From the IMG/VR virus record IMGVR_UViG_3300032280_000320, positions 1 to 64,000 of that record: a DNA stretch of 64,000 nt; one strand, 5' to 3'. This document shows positions 49,125 to 60,600 of this stretch, in pieces. Numbering within the stretch: the stretch's first letter is position 1; every line of letters starts with the position of its first letter. This DNA comes from a virus. Its lineage: Duplodnaviria > Caudoviricetes. Position numbers and translations under genes: made by a program. The notes beneath the pieces were generated by a model. It did no database searches. It saw nothing but the letters and a program-made list of their open reading frames with translations, and was not told where the DNA came from.

Positions 49125-49907
49125 TTACTTTGGCGTAGAATACTGTGAGTAGTATGTCTTTCCATTTGTTCCAACTACAACTGCTCTTACACGAAGCCAC
49201 CTTGGGCTGGCGGTAGCACTTGTATCTCCTTCAGATGAGCTTACTCTATATGTTCTATTCTTGCCGCTATCTCCAATTGATTTTGAAGCAGAGGCAACAA
49301 AATCTTTAGTTCCGTTATCTAGTGCCGTTGCATTCTTTCCAGAAGATGTACTTATAATCCATTCATAGCTTACTGAATCATATGACCCTAGGCCTGTTGA
49401 GTTATTCCATCCCCAAGCAAGAGATCTTTCATTTGATCCATATCTACTAAATGTTACCGCTGGTACAGTTGGTGCAGGCGTAATAAATTTCTTTGGATCC
49501 CCTTCTGGTGTTTTATTATCATTTCTAGGTGCGGCGGCATCAAATATTCTCGCATCTACCCCAGCAATGTTTTCTTTATTGTCACTTGAGTTTCTAATCT
49601 TAATGAAAGCTGTCATAGTTGTTAGTTTAGTAGCAGGGTCATAGTCTTCTTGAAATGTAATGCTTTCAATGTCACTAAGGTCTGGGACATCCTTTTTAAC
49701 TACTGGTGGTTTGCCTGGTCTCTCTGGTTTTTTTGGATCTTTTGGTCCTGGTGGATTTGTACCACCATCATCAAATGCAGAATCTGATCCTACATAGGCA
49801 GCCTGAGATTCTTTGCTAGTAACAAGAAATTTATTTTTATTTAGAAATAACAAATAGTCTATATCATTTTCTGATACGACTGGCTGCCTTGAATCATTTC
49901 TTGTCAT
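49125..49907 (-). CDS. Tail-module protein with Pro-rich linker and FN3-like end
   Basis: Position; PPGPKDPKKP; WLRVRAV. Confidence 0.6.
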   Translation of the reverse strand: MTRNDSRQPVVSENDIDYLLFLNKNKFLVTSKESQAAYVGSDSAFDDGGTNPPGPKDPKKPERPGKPPVVKKDVPDLSDIESITFQEDYDPATKLTTMTAFIKIRNSSDNKENIAGVDARIFDAAAPRNDNKTPEGDPKKFITPAPTVPAVTFSRYGSNERSLAWGWNNSTGLGSYDSVSYEWIISTSSGKNATALDNGTKDFVASASKSIGDSGKNRTYRVSSSEGDTSATASPRWLRVRAVVVGTNGKTYYSQYSTPK

Positions 49908-49923
49908 TTTATTATTATACCAT

Positions 49924-51900
49924 TTATGTTCCTAATGACCTACAGGTGATTTCTGTAGTTAGGCCTTCCTTGTATGTGTGATAAACTCCAGTAATAATAA
50001 ACTTCTCTGTTCCGTCAAGCCCTTGATAAGTATACTTTACGCTTACAATATCTCCAGGAGATAGTAGAGGGTTTCCAAAAACTTCTGCAACCAATATCTT
50101 GCCCCTATTAACTACTACATCTTTAATCCAATAAGCAATTGACTCTACATCATTTTCATTTTGTAGCCACATTGACTGGAATACTATTGGCTCGTCGCTC
50201 TTATAATCATTTTCCTTTACTGTAGAAAACTCTTGATCTGGGGTTTTGTTTATCTGATTACCGAAAACAAATAGGCTATTAGTCTTTGAATCTTCTAGTG
50301 GGACTGTAGTGGAAGAGTTATTTAAAACAAATACATCTGTTCCATATGCCGATGTTTTATTGCCCAGTATCTTTGCTGATTTATTTAAAGATAAAGATAT
50401 GTCAATTGGTTTAGCTGGGCGTTCATCAAATTTGGTACTTAGTCTATAGATCTCTCTCACTGTTGATCCAAACTCTTCCACCGCCCCTGGCTTTTTTTCA
50501 ATTGCATCATCTTCGCTAACAGCGTTATATATAAAATCTCCAAATGATAGGTCTAATATATCATTTGAAAATTGTCCTGAATAAAAGTTTGGAGAATACT
50601 CTGCTTTTTTATACTGCTCTTCAGTTATTGTGTCTGCGTACACATAGTCAAAAAACGCTTTACCAATTGTTGAAAATAAGGCAACACCCTTTTTAGGGCT
50701 TATTGTTCCTGGGAATCTTTTATCATTGCTTACTTTGTCTGTAGCAACAATTCTTTGTCCATTAATAAAACATATTATGGTTGTTTGGGCTGATGTATAT
50801 TTTACCTTTAAATCAATAGAGTATGTTGTACCAGAAATCACTCCTGCAAACATAGAGTTTCTGGTTATCTGTGAGTCATTTAAAACTCTTTGCTCTGATC
50901 CGTCTACCTTTATTATCCTAAATGGTTTTTTATTTGCATCTGATGCATTTGCTTCTGTACTAAGCTGAATGAAGTATCCAGTGCCTCCATTATTGGATAC
51001 AAAAAATCCTAGCCCTGCCGAGTTTCTTCCATTTGAGTTAATCTCTGGATCAAAGTAAATGGTTGTTCCAAAAGAATAGTATCCACTTTGCGGTGTTCCC
51101 ACAACTTCATCTCTGCCGTATGTTGTGACTGGGGGAATTACTGAGTCAAAATCTTTGTATACTATAGAGCTTTCACCTTTTATTTCATTAAAAATTTCTA
51201 AATATGATTTACCAGATGTTTGATTTGCTAAAGATGCAGGTGATATTTTGTCTCTTGCAATTGGAGAATAGTATGAAGTTTTATATTTATTTACCTTCTC
51301 TGCAGGGCCTCTATTGGCAAGTAGTGTTGGGTTTCCCTTATAAGGTATGATGTTAAAGTCATAGTATCTTCCAGAATTTATTCCAGTTATAATTATATCT
51401 TGTATAGCTTTGCCTGTTGTAGCTCTTTCTGTTATAGGAGTTATTCCAGTACCATCAAAAGAAAATGTATCTGCTGTTACTGCTATTACTTTCTTTTTTG
51501 ACACATTAAATCTTTGATATGTATTAGTTATAGTTACATAATCTCCTACTGCAAAATTATGTGCAGTAGCAGTAAATGTAATTAAATTATTTGCACATAC
51601 TAGTTTTGTTACAGCATGTTTATAAAAGATTAATCTTCTAGTTTGGCTTCCTGGCCAAAACTCTGATATGGGCCCGTCTGGAGATGTGCCGTCTGATGAA
51701 AACATTTGATGAGTTACTATATAGCCGTCTGGGTCTATGCCTAGATCAATTTCTTTTACAGAAATATTTATATTTATATTTGAGTTCTCTGCTATTCCAA
51801 GATCTTTATTTGATATCTCGTGTATTGATGATGCATACAATATATCCATACCAATAGCGGTTCCACCGCTTCCATTAATATATGCTTCTGTTAGTCTCAT
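49924..51900 (-). CDS. Minor tail/baseplate protein
   Basis: FCCH-like TATAHNFAVGDYV; lectin-like middle; FGNP.L..GDIV.V C-terminus. Confidence 0.7.
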   Translation of the reverse strand: MRLTEAYINGSGGTAIGMDILYASSIHEISNKDLGIAENSNININISVKEIDLGIDPDGYIVTHQMFSSDGTSPDGPISEFWPGSQTRRLIFYKHAVTKLVCANNLITFTATAHNFAVGDYVTITNTYQRFNVSKKKVIAVTADTFSFDGTGITPITERATTGKAIQDIIITGINSGRYYDFNIIPYKGNPTLLANRGPAEKVNKYKTSYYSPIARDKISPASLANQTSGKSYLEIFNEIKGESSIVYKDFDSVIPPVTTYGRDEVVGTPQSGYYSFGTTIYFDPEINSNGRNSAGLGFFVSNNGGTGYFIQLSTEANASDANKKPFRIIKVDGSEQRVLNDSQITRNSMFAGVISGTTYSIDLKVKYTSAQTTIICFINGQRIVATDKVSNDKRFPGTISPKKGVALFSTIGKAFFDYVYADTITEEQYKKAEYSPNFYSGQFSNDILDLSFGDFIYNAVSEDDAIEKKPGAVEEFGSTVREIYRLSTKFDERPAKPIDISLSLNKSAKILGNKTSAYGTDVFVLNNSSTTVPLEDSKTNSLFVFGNQINKTPDQEFSTVKENDYKSDEPIVFQSMWLQNENDVESIAYWIKDVVVNRGKILVAEVFGNPLLSPGDIVSVKYTYQGLDGTEKFIITGVYHTYKEGLTTEITCRSLGT

Positions 51901-54164
51901 ACCCAGGCCACCCTCTTTTGTATCCAGCCTCCAGATTCTATTACATCCATTGGAGTGGCTTTATGGTCTGCTGCTGCTGTTCCAAGTGCGCCACGTGTTT
52001 TAACACGATATCTTCCTGTTGGCTTAAAGTATGCTGTTCCTAAAATGTTATTGATATCAACAAACCCTGGCTTTGACAGGGATACATATTTGTTTACATC
52101 GTTTTGTGATGCTATCCAAACAATATTTTCATCATCATTAAAGTCAATAAATTGATACTCTAATGCATCAAATTCAATTACCTCTGAGTCAATAAGGAAG
52201 TATCCACTGAATGCAAATCCACTTTGATATTGGCTATAAGAATCTCCAACAGTATTATTATTTATTACCAATACGGTATTATCTGCTGGCGTGTCCTTTG
52301 ATATGTCTAGCTTTAGTCCGCCTGCGCTTAAAAATGTTGTTGGTGCTTGGGCAAGCTTTGTCGCATCTCCAGTATATTGTGTTGGCACAATTGAATTCCA
52401 TATAACCTTTACGTTATTTCCAGAAGCAATTTCTTCCTGGCTTAAAGAAATAATGTTTGGCAAAACTGATCCTTCTGGCTTTTCGTAAAAATTCCATACA
52501 GGCGTTGTTTGTGAATATATCTTGTCTCTTGTATAAAACTGCAAAACATTGTTCTGATCAAAAAATGCATTCATCTGTATGTCTCTGCATAGATCTTGAA
52601 GGTGTTCCCAAACTGTTTTTGAATCTGTAGTCCACCAATATCCTATTGTAGGGATTGAAGTATCTTTAATTATTATAGCACCTTTTGCGGATGTTTCTGT
52701 TACCATGTTTATATTATAGTTTGTAAATCCAACTGAGTCTAGGAGTCTTCTAATTATTGCAGTTGCTGAATATGTCTCGCAAAGCATGTCTGGTGCAATT
52801 GATTCCATTAAATACTTTGCGCCATCTAGCGCAACTATGTCTGTCTCGCCAAAATTATTGATTGTCCAGCTATCCATATAATAAGATCCCTGTGGAATTT
52901 TATATTCTGTTGCGCCATCATATATTTTAAAGTGTGGTCTTAGTTCTGCATTTTTAAATGTGTATAAGAAATCAAAATCAGAAGGGCCACCTACAATACT
53001 TGTCCATGGCTTTTCTCTGTTATATGATCTAATCATAACTTGGCTTTGGTTGTAGTTTGCCAGAGACAGAGAAAGTACGTTTGCCGAAAGCTTTCCTACT
53101 GGTAAGATATCACTCGAAGATGAGTTTGATGATTCTTGTGACAAGCTAACTGCTGAGACTAGTGGGCTTATTTCCTTTACCCATCTTGCAGAAATTTCTA
53201 TTAACCCCATAACACTTGTTCCGCCAGGATTTTTTGCAGTTAATGCAATTGATTTTATATACTTTGGGGCTCTGTAAATATTGTCAGTAAAATGAATCCA
53301 GTTTGTATCTGCTTCAGTGGGATATAAGGATACTTCTCCTGATGGGAAATTTGTGCTGAAGTTAGGCATTGTTCCTGACTTTACTGTTCCATCTTTATAG
53401 GTTATGCTAACTGTAACTTCGGATGGTAGTGCATGATTCTTATCAAATCTAATTAATATCTTATTTGCAATTGCTGCTTTTGTTTCTGGTATGGTGGCTA
53501 CTCCAGCAGATGTTAGATAGCCAATCTTACCTATGTTCTTTTCTATAATAAATGAAGTACTTGATGGCACCTCTATAATTTTGCCGTTTGTGTTATATGC
53601 TGTGTCTGACATGCCAGTTATTGTTATTGTATTGCCAGTTACAAATCCATGTGGCACCGTGGTTGTATATTTAACCTTATATCGTGTACCAGTATTTGAT
53701 GCCTCCGCCTTTACAATAGGAACTGTAGTCTGTGAATACTTAATTGTTATTGTTGAGTCTTTGCCTTCTGGTGACAACCAATACTTGTAAAATGTTGAGG
53801 GGCCTGGGTAGTAAACTCTAGGTGTAGATAGATTATAGTATATAGCTTTTGGATCCTTGTATATAAAATTAGTTCCATCCGTTGGTATAACAAAATACTT
53901 AACCCCAGAATTTAATGGGCGGAATGGCTTGATGATAGAATCTACTGGGAAAAGCTTTTTATAGGGGTTAATTGATCCTTGCTTAAATCCATTTATGCCA
54001 GCAGTATATTCTGCATCTGTGTTTGAAGAATAGACTGATATGTTATCTATCATTGTATTCATATTGTATTCTACTTCACAGCCAACTGATATATTGATTG
54101 ATGATCTATTTTTTAATATTCCTGTTACGGCATCTGTTTGTGCCTGTGTTGCAAGAGAAATCAT
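51897..54164 (-). CDS. Minor tail (hub) protein
   Basis: Follows the distal-tail gene; FCCH-like TTTVPHGFVTGN; VWE.LQ.LC...FFD. Confidence 0.7.
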   Translation of the reverse strand: MISLATQAQTDAVTGILKNRSSINISVGCEVEYNMNTMIDNISVYSSNTDAEYTAGINGFKQGSINPYKKLFPVDSIIKPFRPLNSGVKYFVIPTDGTNFIYKDPKAIYYNLSTPRVYYPGPSTFYKYWLSPEGKDSTITIKYSQTTVPIVKAEASNTGTRYKVKYTTTVPHGFVTGNTITITGMSDTAYNTNGKIIEVPSSTSFIIEKNIGKIGYLTSAGVATIPETKAAIANKILIRFDKNHALPSEVTVSITYKDGTVKSGTMPNFSTNFPSGEVSLYPTEADTNWIHFTDNIYRAPKYIKSIALTAKNPGGTSVMGLIEISARWVKEISPLVSAVSLSQESSNSSSSDILPVGKLSANVLSLSLANYNQSQVMIRSYNREKPWTSIVGGPSDFDFLYTFKNAELRPHFKIYDGATEYKIPQGSYYMDSWTINNFGETDIVALDGAKYLMESIAPDMLCETYSATAIIRRLLDSVGFTNYNINMVTETSAKGAIIIKDTSIPTIGYWWTTDSKTVWEHLQDLCRDIQMNAFFDQNNVLQFYTRDKIYSQTTPVWNFYEKPEGSVLPNIISLSQEEIASGNNVKVIWNSIVPTQYTGDATKLAQAPTTFLSAGGLKLDISKDTPADNTVLVINNNTVGDSYSQYQSGFAFSGYFLIDSEVIEFDALEYQFIDFNDDENIVWIASQNDVNKYVSLSKPGFVDINNILGTAYFKPTGRYRVKTRGALGTAAADHKATPMDVIESGGWIQKRVAWV

Positions 54165-54640
54165 TATACTTCCTCCAGCGTCATTGATATTGTCCAGAAA
54201 GAATGTAATCCACGCTTTTGTAAGACTGCGGAAAATTCTGTAAACGAGACTGTATATACTTCTCCTGTTAAAGCTGTGTCTTCTGCGGCACCAGACTTTG
54301 CAAAATTTAATAGTATTCTAAATGTGCCCTTGCCTTCTTCGCTTGCATAAAATCTTCTTAGGTCTTCTGCACCAAGGTTTCCGTCTGCCGTATGTGTTCT
54401 TGTTGTGGGTAGCATATTCCAAGACATGCTAAATGTTTTTTTGTCAGCAATAAAAAATTTTCTAAGGGTTCCGTTAGCCATTCTTTGAGTTTGTTGGATT
54501 CTATTTGAGCCTACAGTTATTTCTGATCTATTGTGATCAGATATTTTTAGCCAAGTTAAAGTGGTGCCTGGGACAGTAGCAAGAACATCCTTGCCTTCTA
54601 TTTGTAACCCTACACCTTTAGGTAATTTTGTATAACCCAT
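54164..54640 (-). CDS. Distal-tail-like minor tail protein
   Basis: Directly after the TMP; SDHNR, RMANGTLRK..IADK, W..S..LEEV. Confidence 0.75.
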   Translation of the reverse strand: MGYTKLPKGVGLQIEGKDVLATVPGTTLTWLKISDHNRSEITVGSNRIQQTQRMANGTLRKFFIADKKTFSMSWNMLPTTRTHTADGNLGAEDLRRFYASEEGKGTFRILLNFAKSGAAEDTALTGEVYTVSFTEFSAVLQKRGLHSFWTISMTLEEV

Positions 54641-57600
54641 TATGCTTTAACCTCCAATCCACTTCCTAGTGATCTACTTTCTCCCATAGATTTAACTGAT
54701 ATCTTGCTCATTGTCTTTATAGACTCAACTGTTTTTCTTGTAACCATGTCAGACAGTGCATTTATGTCACCATCATATCCATTAATATTATTTGTAATAT
54801 TATATACGCCTCCACCCATTGTAGCATTATTAGCGTTTGGATTAAAGGGGTTCATATTAGCAGGAACTACTGCTTCATTCTTATGAAGCATGGCAAGCAT
54901 GTTTGCTGGGACGTTATTTATACCAGTTTCAAATCTAGGGATATTGAATTTGCCTCCACTTAAGTATCCCCCAGTTGCACCAGTAATTCTTTTACTTTGA
55001 AGACCCGCAATTTGGGCAAGCTTTGCATCCATTTCTGTACCAGATATAAATCCTCTAGCATATTGATTTATAATAAACTCCTGCATTGCTTTAAGGTCAC
55101 TTGGATTTGGGTAAGTCTTTCCGCTTTCATATTTACCAAAACGTGTCCACATTAAAAGTGCATCTAAAGCTTTTGTTGCTGTGGTGGTTCCAGTATTGGG
55201 AGTACCTACTGAAGTTTTATATTCATTTAAAAGATATGTAAACGGATTGCTTCCAGATCCTTTTGCCAGCATATCTAAGTCACCACTGTTATGGCCTCCA
55301 TCAAATCTTACTCCAAGCTTAGAGGCTACTTCTTGAATTACATCTTGATTTAAAGAATGATGCTCACCGCCGACAGCGTATAAGTATGGCTGATCTATTC
55401 CAATTTGTTTTTTTGCTTTATCTATTGCTATTATCTGTAGGGCTCTTTGGGCACTCATAGGAGTATCAACCTCATAAGAACTTCTTGCTGGCATGTAGAG
55501 ATCTTGATTGCCAAACACTCTTTCATGATTTGGCCTAGCCCTCATAGCGTCGTCTACTTGTGCGGCAGGTCTTAAATTACTATTTTCGTTAATTTCTTTT
55601 AATATTTGATCAAGCTCTGACTGGGAATATTTTTCTTTTGCTAAGTAAAATATTTCTTTTGTTGAAGGGTTTTCTGCCATTATTGGCAGCGGGTCTCCTT
55701 GTTTATATAACCCAAGCTCTGTTAATCTTTTAATATAGGCTGATTCTTCTAAAGGAAATACTGAACTGAGCTGCCCTTCTTTTTTACTATACTTAAATGG
55801 TTTCCCAAATTTTTGTAAGAAAAAGCTGTCGATTGAATGAAGCTGTTCTGGCTTACCGTTATATTTCATTAAATTAGAAAGTGTACTTACTATAAACGGC
55901 TTGTCTGGCTTCCAAGATCCCTGAAAATGAGATTGAACTGCATCATAAATTCCAAAGTGCCTTGATGTTCTAGCAACAGCATAATCAGCAGCTTTATCAG
56001 TTCCAGCAACAGAGCCTTTGGGTCCTACAAACCTATCAAATATTTTAAATCCTGCAGCAGTTTCTAGAAGGTCTCCGCTGGCATCTGCTGTTGGGAACTC
56101 TTCATTAAACACTCTTATCATTGGAATATCGTCTGGTGTTGGTGGAGCATAGGGGTCCATTCCTCTTGCTCTGTAAGCTGCAATCTCTGCTCTAGTTAGA
56201 GGAACTTCTCCACGGAATCCATGGAAACCTCCCTTTACTCCACCAGCACGTTCTGTGGCTGCTGCAATTAATGCGGCTTGCTCTTTGGCATTCTCTGCAT
56301 ATTCTTTTGCTGATCTGGCAAGTATCGGTGACATTGCTTTTGTTTTAGTTCTAATAGCAATATCGTCTTTTGCGCTACCAAGAGTTGCAGAAATCAATTG
56401 AGTAAGTCCTGCTGAATCTAGAGAGGTTGCAAGCTCTGGCATTCTTAGATCTTGGCCCAGCATGCTGATAGGGAGTAGGTCTGTATCTATTTTCCTTAAA
56501 TTTATGCTTCCTGCCGCTAGCATGTTCATTAAAAATTCTCTTACCTGTTTGTCATCCCACTTGTTATTATTCATCTTGTCTAACAAAATTTGAGCTTTTT
56601 TATTTTTTGGATCTTTTTTCAAAATATAAGAAAGTATTCCTTCGGGTGTTGTTGGTATAATATCAGAAACCTGATGATTTGTTAATAGGGAGCCAAGGTT
56701 TTCATTTGTGCCTTGGAAAACAACGGCATCGTTACCAAAAGGCCCTCCTGAATGTAATGGTACTTTATTTCCTTCATGAACTACAAATGGCGGATAATTA
56801 TTATTTGGTTTCATCTGCTCTGCAGTTGCAGTTATTTTTGGTTTTTGAATTACTGAAGCTACTCTATTTTCAACAAATGGCCTTGCTGCACCGATTACTG
56901 CAGCAGTTGCTGCATTTGTTGCAATCTTTGATCCAGATGCTCCAAGGAATGGTATCGAACCCTTTGGCAATAAGTGGCCAAGGTTTGGAATTCCTTTTGC
57001 TGCGCCAAATCCCTCAACTATAGATCTCATAAGTGCATTTCCGTTTGCCCCGCCAACCCTAGCTAAGGCAACATTTATTGCTGCGGTTAGGTATTCTCCT
57101 TTAGCCCAATCCCTGCCATCTTGGTAACGCTGAGCTCCTCCTGCTCCGACAAGGGCGGTGAGTAGAATATTTTGCATTTCGGTATGTATCGGACCACCAG
57201 GATTATTTCCCCCAATGGCTGCTGTCCAGTTTTTACTTGTTGTAAATGTTTCCCATAGAGATGGAGGGTTTTTTACCCATTCACCATTTTCATTTTTATA
57301 ATAGTTGCCATCCTTCTCATAAAATTTGTCGGTTGCTTTAGAGTTTGCTGCAGCTCTTGCTGGACTTAATGCACTCATGCTTGGACCTGAATAAGGTGCT
57401 TTGTAACTGCTTGCCATATGCCCTGGACTCAAATGCTTATGTCCTACTAGTCCGCCTTTATGGAAACCTAGCCCAGATTTAATTTTCTTAAATAGCTTAC
57501 TCCAATTAACAACTGAATGCATGGATCCACCAGATACCATTGTTCCCTGATTGCCAACAATTTCTCCGCCGCCAACCAGCATGCCTCTACTCCAAGAGTA

Positions 57601-60600
57601 TTCATGGTTTTCAGGAATATAATCTGGATAAATTGTTTTATATTTATCTGGTAGGAACAGCTCCGCTCTTCTATTTTTAGCTTTGTTTTCAGAAGTTGTA
57701 TTTGGAACAAGAGGTCTATATTCGCCATATCCTACTGGAGTGAATGCTGTGCCAGGAACAAACTTTGACATATATTCTGCAATAGCATTTGCTCTATTTT
57801 GTGAAAGGATCTTGTTGTCTTTTTCTTTACCTACAGAGTCTGTGTGTCCTTGAACAACTATTGATGCTAGCTTATGCTTAATAAGATCTTTAGCAATTTT
57901 TTGAAGCTCTAGTCTTTGCTCTTTATTTAATGTGTAAGAATTTGTATCAAAATTAGCTGTGATAGGCGGAACTTCAATTTTAACAACCTGCTTATTGGCA
58001 TCTTGCCATGCTTCTATTGGGCCCATTAGTTTTCCGCCTTGTTCGACTCCCTCAGTTGTCGATCCATGCCTATGTCCTACAGGCCCGCCTTTATGTAGCC
58101 TTTGAGCATTTAATTTATCAAAAAAATTAACTCCATATTGCTTTACAGCTTTTTCTTTAATTACATATTCACCATTTGAAAGCATGGCTGGAATAGAATC
58201 AGATGTTCCAGTTCCTGGACCAGATACTTTTCCTCCTGGCTCAAAATACTTTACCTTACCGCCCTTATTATATGAAACTACTTTTTTATCCCAAGGATTG
58301 CTAGCGTAATTTTCGCTTGCCCATCTACCAATTATTTTTCCATTTTTATCGGTTACTCTACCATCTGCTGTGTAGGTATATCCAGTTTTTGGATCAATAT
58401 AATCTTTAAATTTATTACGACCATCTTCTTCTCTGATAGTAGTTCCACGTTTAGTTGGATCTGGGTGCTTAAATGATTTATACTGGGCTCCTCCTGGAGT
58501 ATCCTCTGCAGGTTTAGGCATAAAGAATCTTTCACTTTCTTTATAAACTTTACCAGATGAATCTATGTACTGTCCAGTTTTCTTATCAAAAGTTAATTTT
58601 ATTGGTGCTCCCTTTGCATTAGCAAAGGCATTAGCTTCTCCTACTTCTGGTAATCCTAGTAGCTTTTTGACATACATTCCAAATGAATCTACGTGTTCTC
58701 CAAAGCCATCAAAATATTTTTCTGCATATTCTACAGCTGAGTTACTTGCTCCACCAGGATCATTAGTTATCTTTTTTAGATATGTGAGCCAATCAGCTGA
58801 ACCAGGCTGCTGGAAACTTAATCCCTTTGGACCAGTAACTGTTTTTCCTGCTGTTATTGGAACACCAGCTGTAACTGTTTTTGCTGCAGCCGCACCTTCT
58901 GAATTTATTGCAGCTAACGCTGCTACGTCTGATTGTAGTGCTTTTGCCAAGGTGCCTAGAACACCCTCATCTGTTGTCATTCCAGCTTTTGATATAGTAG
59001 TTGCAATACTTTGCTGTAGGGCCTGTATTGATGCATATTCTTTTTGCTTAATGTTAGCAATTTCTTGTAGCTTGTTTGCTTTCTCTTGAAGCTTAATAAG
59101 TCTCTCTTGAACTGCAGCTTTTGCTTCTTCAAGCTTTTTAACTTCTGCATCTCTTTTATCTTGGATTGCATCTATTGATAATGTTTTTTGTCTTTCGTTT
59201 GTTAGACTTTGTATATTAAGCTGTGACTGCGCTGCACGTGACATATCTCCAGCTAACAATGCTTGCTGGTAATTTAGTTGCTCTTTTTGTACCTCTGTTA
59301 AATAATCTTGCTTTTCTGCTTGATCTTCAATAGCACGTATTCTTGCATCTGCTTCTTCGTTGATTTTTTCTATCTTTTTGTCGAGAGCCTTTATCTCTGC
59401 ATCTGCATTCTTTTGAGCATTCTTTGTTGCATCGTCTGAGGCTTTCTTTGCTTTATCGTATGCAAGTTTTGCTGCTGTTCCATAATCTGCAATTGCATCA
59501 ATTGGGTTATTTAATAAGTTAGCATTTGTAGTCATTTCAGATGCAGCTTGTGAAATTGCTGTCACTACCTGTAGCAAATCTTGTGCTTCTTGTCCGCTTA
59601 ACCCTGATAGATTAGCAGTTACGCCATTTGTATAAAGCTGTATTTTTGCCCATGCATCAACCATACTGTCATTTGAATTAAGTATATCTTTGTATAAAGG
59701 ATTTTCTTTTACAAGAAGATTTAATATGTCATCGCCAATATCTTTTTGATTATTCTTATTTGCATTCATTTGCTCTATTGTGTCATTTAGAGCTTCTGTC
59801 TGTGTCTTTGCTTTTCCAGTCTCATCTTTTATTCCAACTAGGCTTTGGTAGTATAGCTGTATTGCATCTAGCCCGCCGCTAAATGAGGCTGCTATTTCTT
59901 TTTTGTCTACGTCTGCGCCTTCAATTGATTTAACAAATGTCTCTATTGCTACTCTTGCTGCGGATGCTCTGTCTACTACTCTTAAAAATTCTGATGAGGA
60001 TACAGCTGCCGTTGCCTGAGCAGCTTTATTTGAAACAGATATAATGCTGTAAATTTCTTTTGCAGCTTCTTGTGCTGATTTTCCTGCTGCAACTAGCTGA
60101 ACCTTGAGTGCTGTTGCTGCTTTTGTAACGTCATTTTCATCAAGGTTATTAAACATCTGTACGATGTCACCTTGTGTTTCTTTAGCTTTCTTTTGTAGAG
60201 CATTAAGTTCTTTTACAGACATATTGATTCCGCCGCCTATAGCGGTAGATCCAGCAGCCTTAATCTTTGCTAACTCTCCCTGTGCCTTTGCAGCTTCTGT
60301 TGCTTTTTTAATTTTGTCTGTCAGGCTTGTGTATGTTATGCCAAGTTGTTTTGCTTGTATTTCATTTACATCTAATGCTTCTTGAGAAGCAAGTCTTGCT
60401 TTTCTTGCATTCTCCCATGCTCCATAAGAGACTGTTGCAAGTGTTGTTAATGCAAATATTGCAACCTTACCCCAACCAGGAATTGCTTTGCCAGCAGCAT
60501 TAAGCTTTCCTAAAGTTTGACCAAACTTGCCAACGTTTCTTTCTGCTGCAACAGCTGCCGTTGCTTCTCCTACAGCACCTCCTGCTTTGGCGGCTTTAGC

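Noticed and set aside
49924-54164. Frameshifted or pseudogenised single tail gene
   Set aside because: The two ORFs join by a standard ATGA overlap with a GGGTGG SD-like sequence and no obvious slippery site; treated as two genes.
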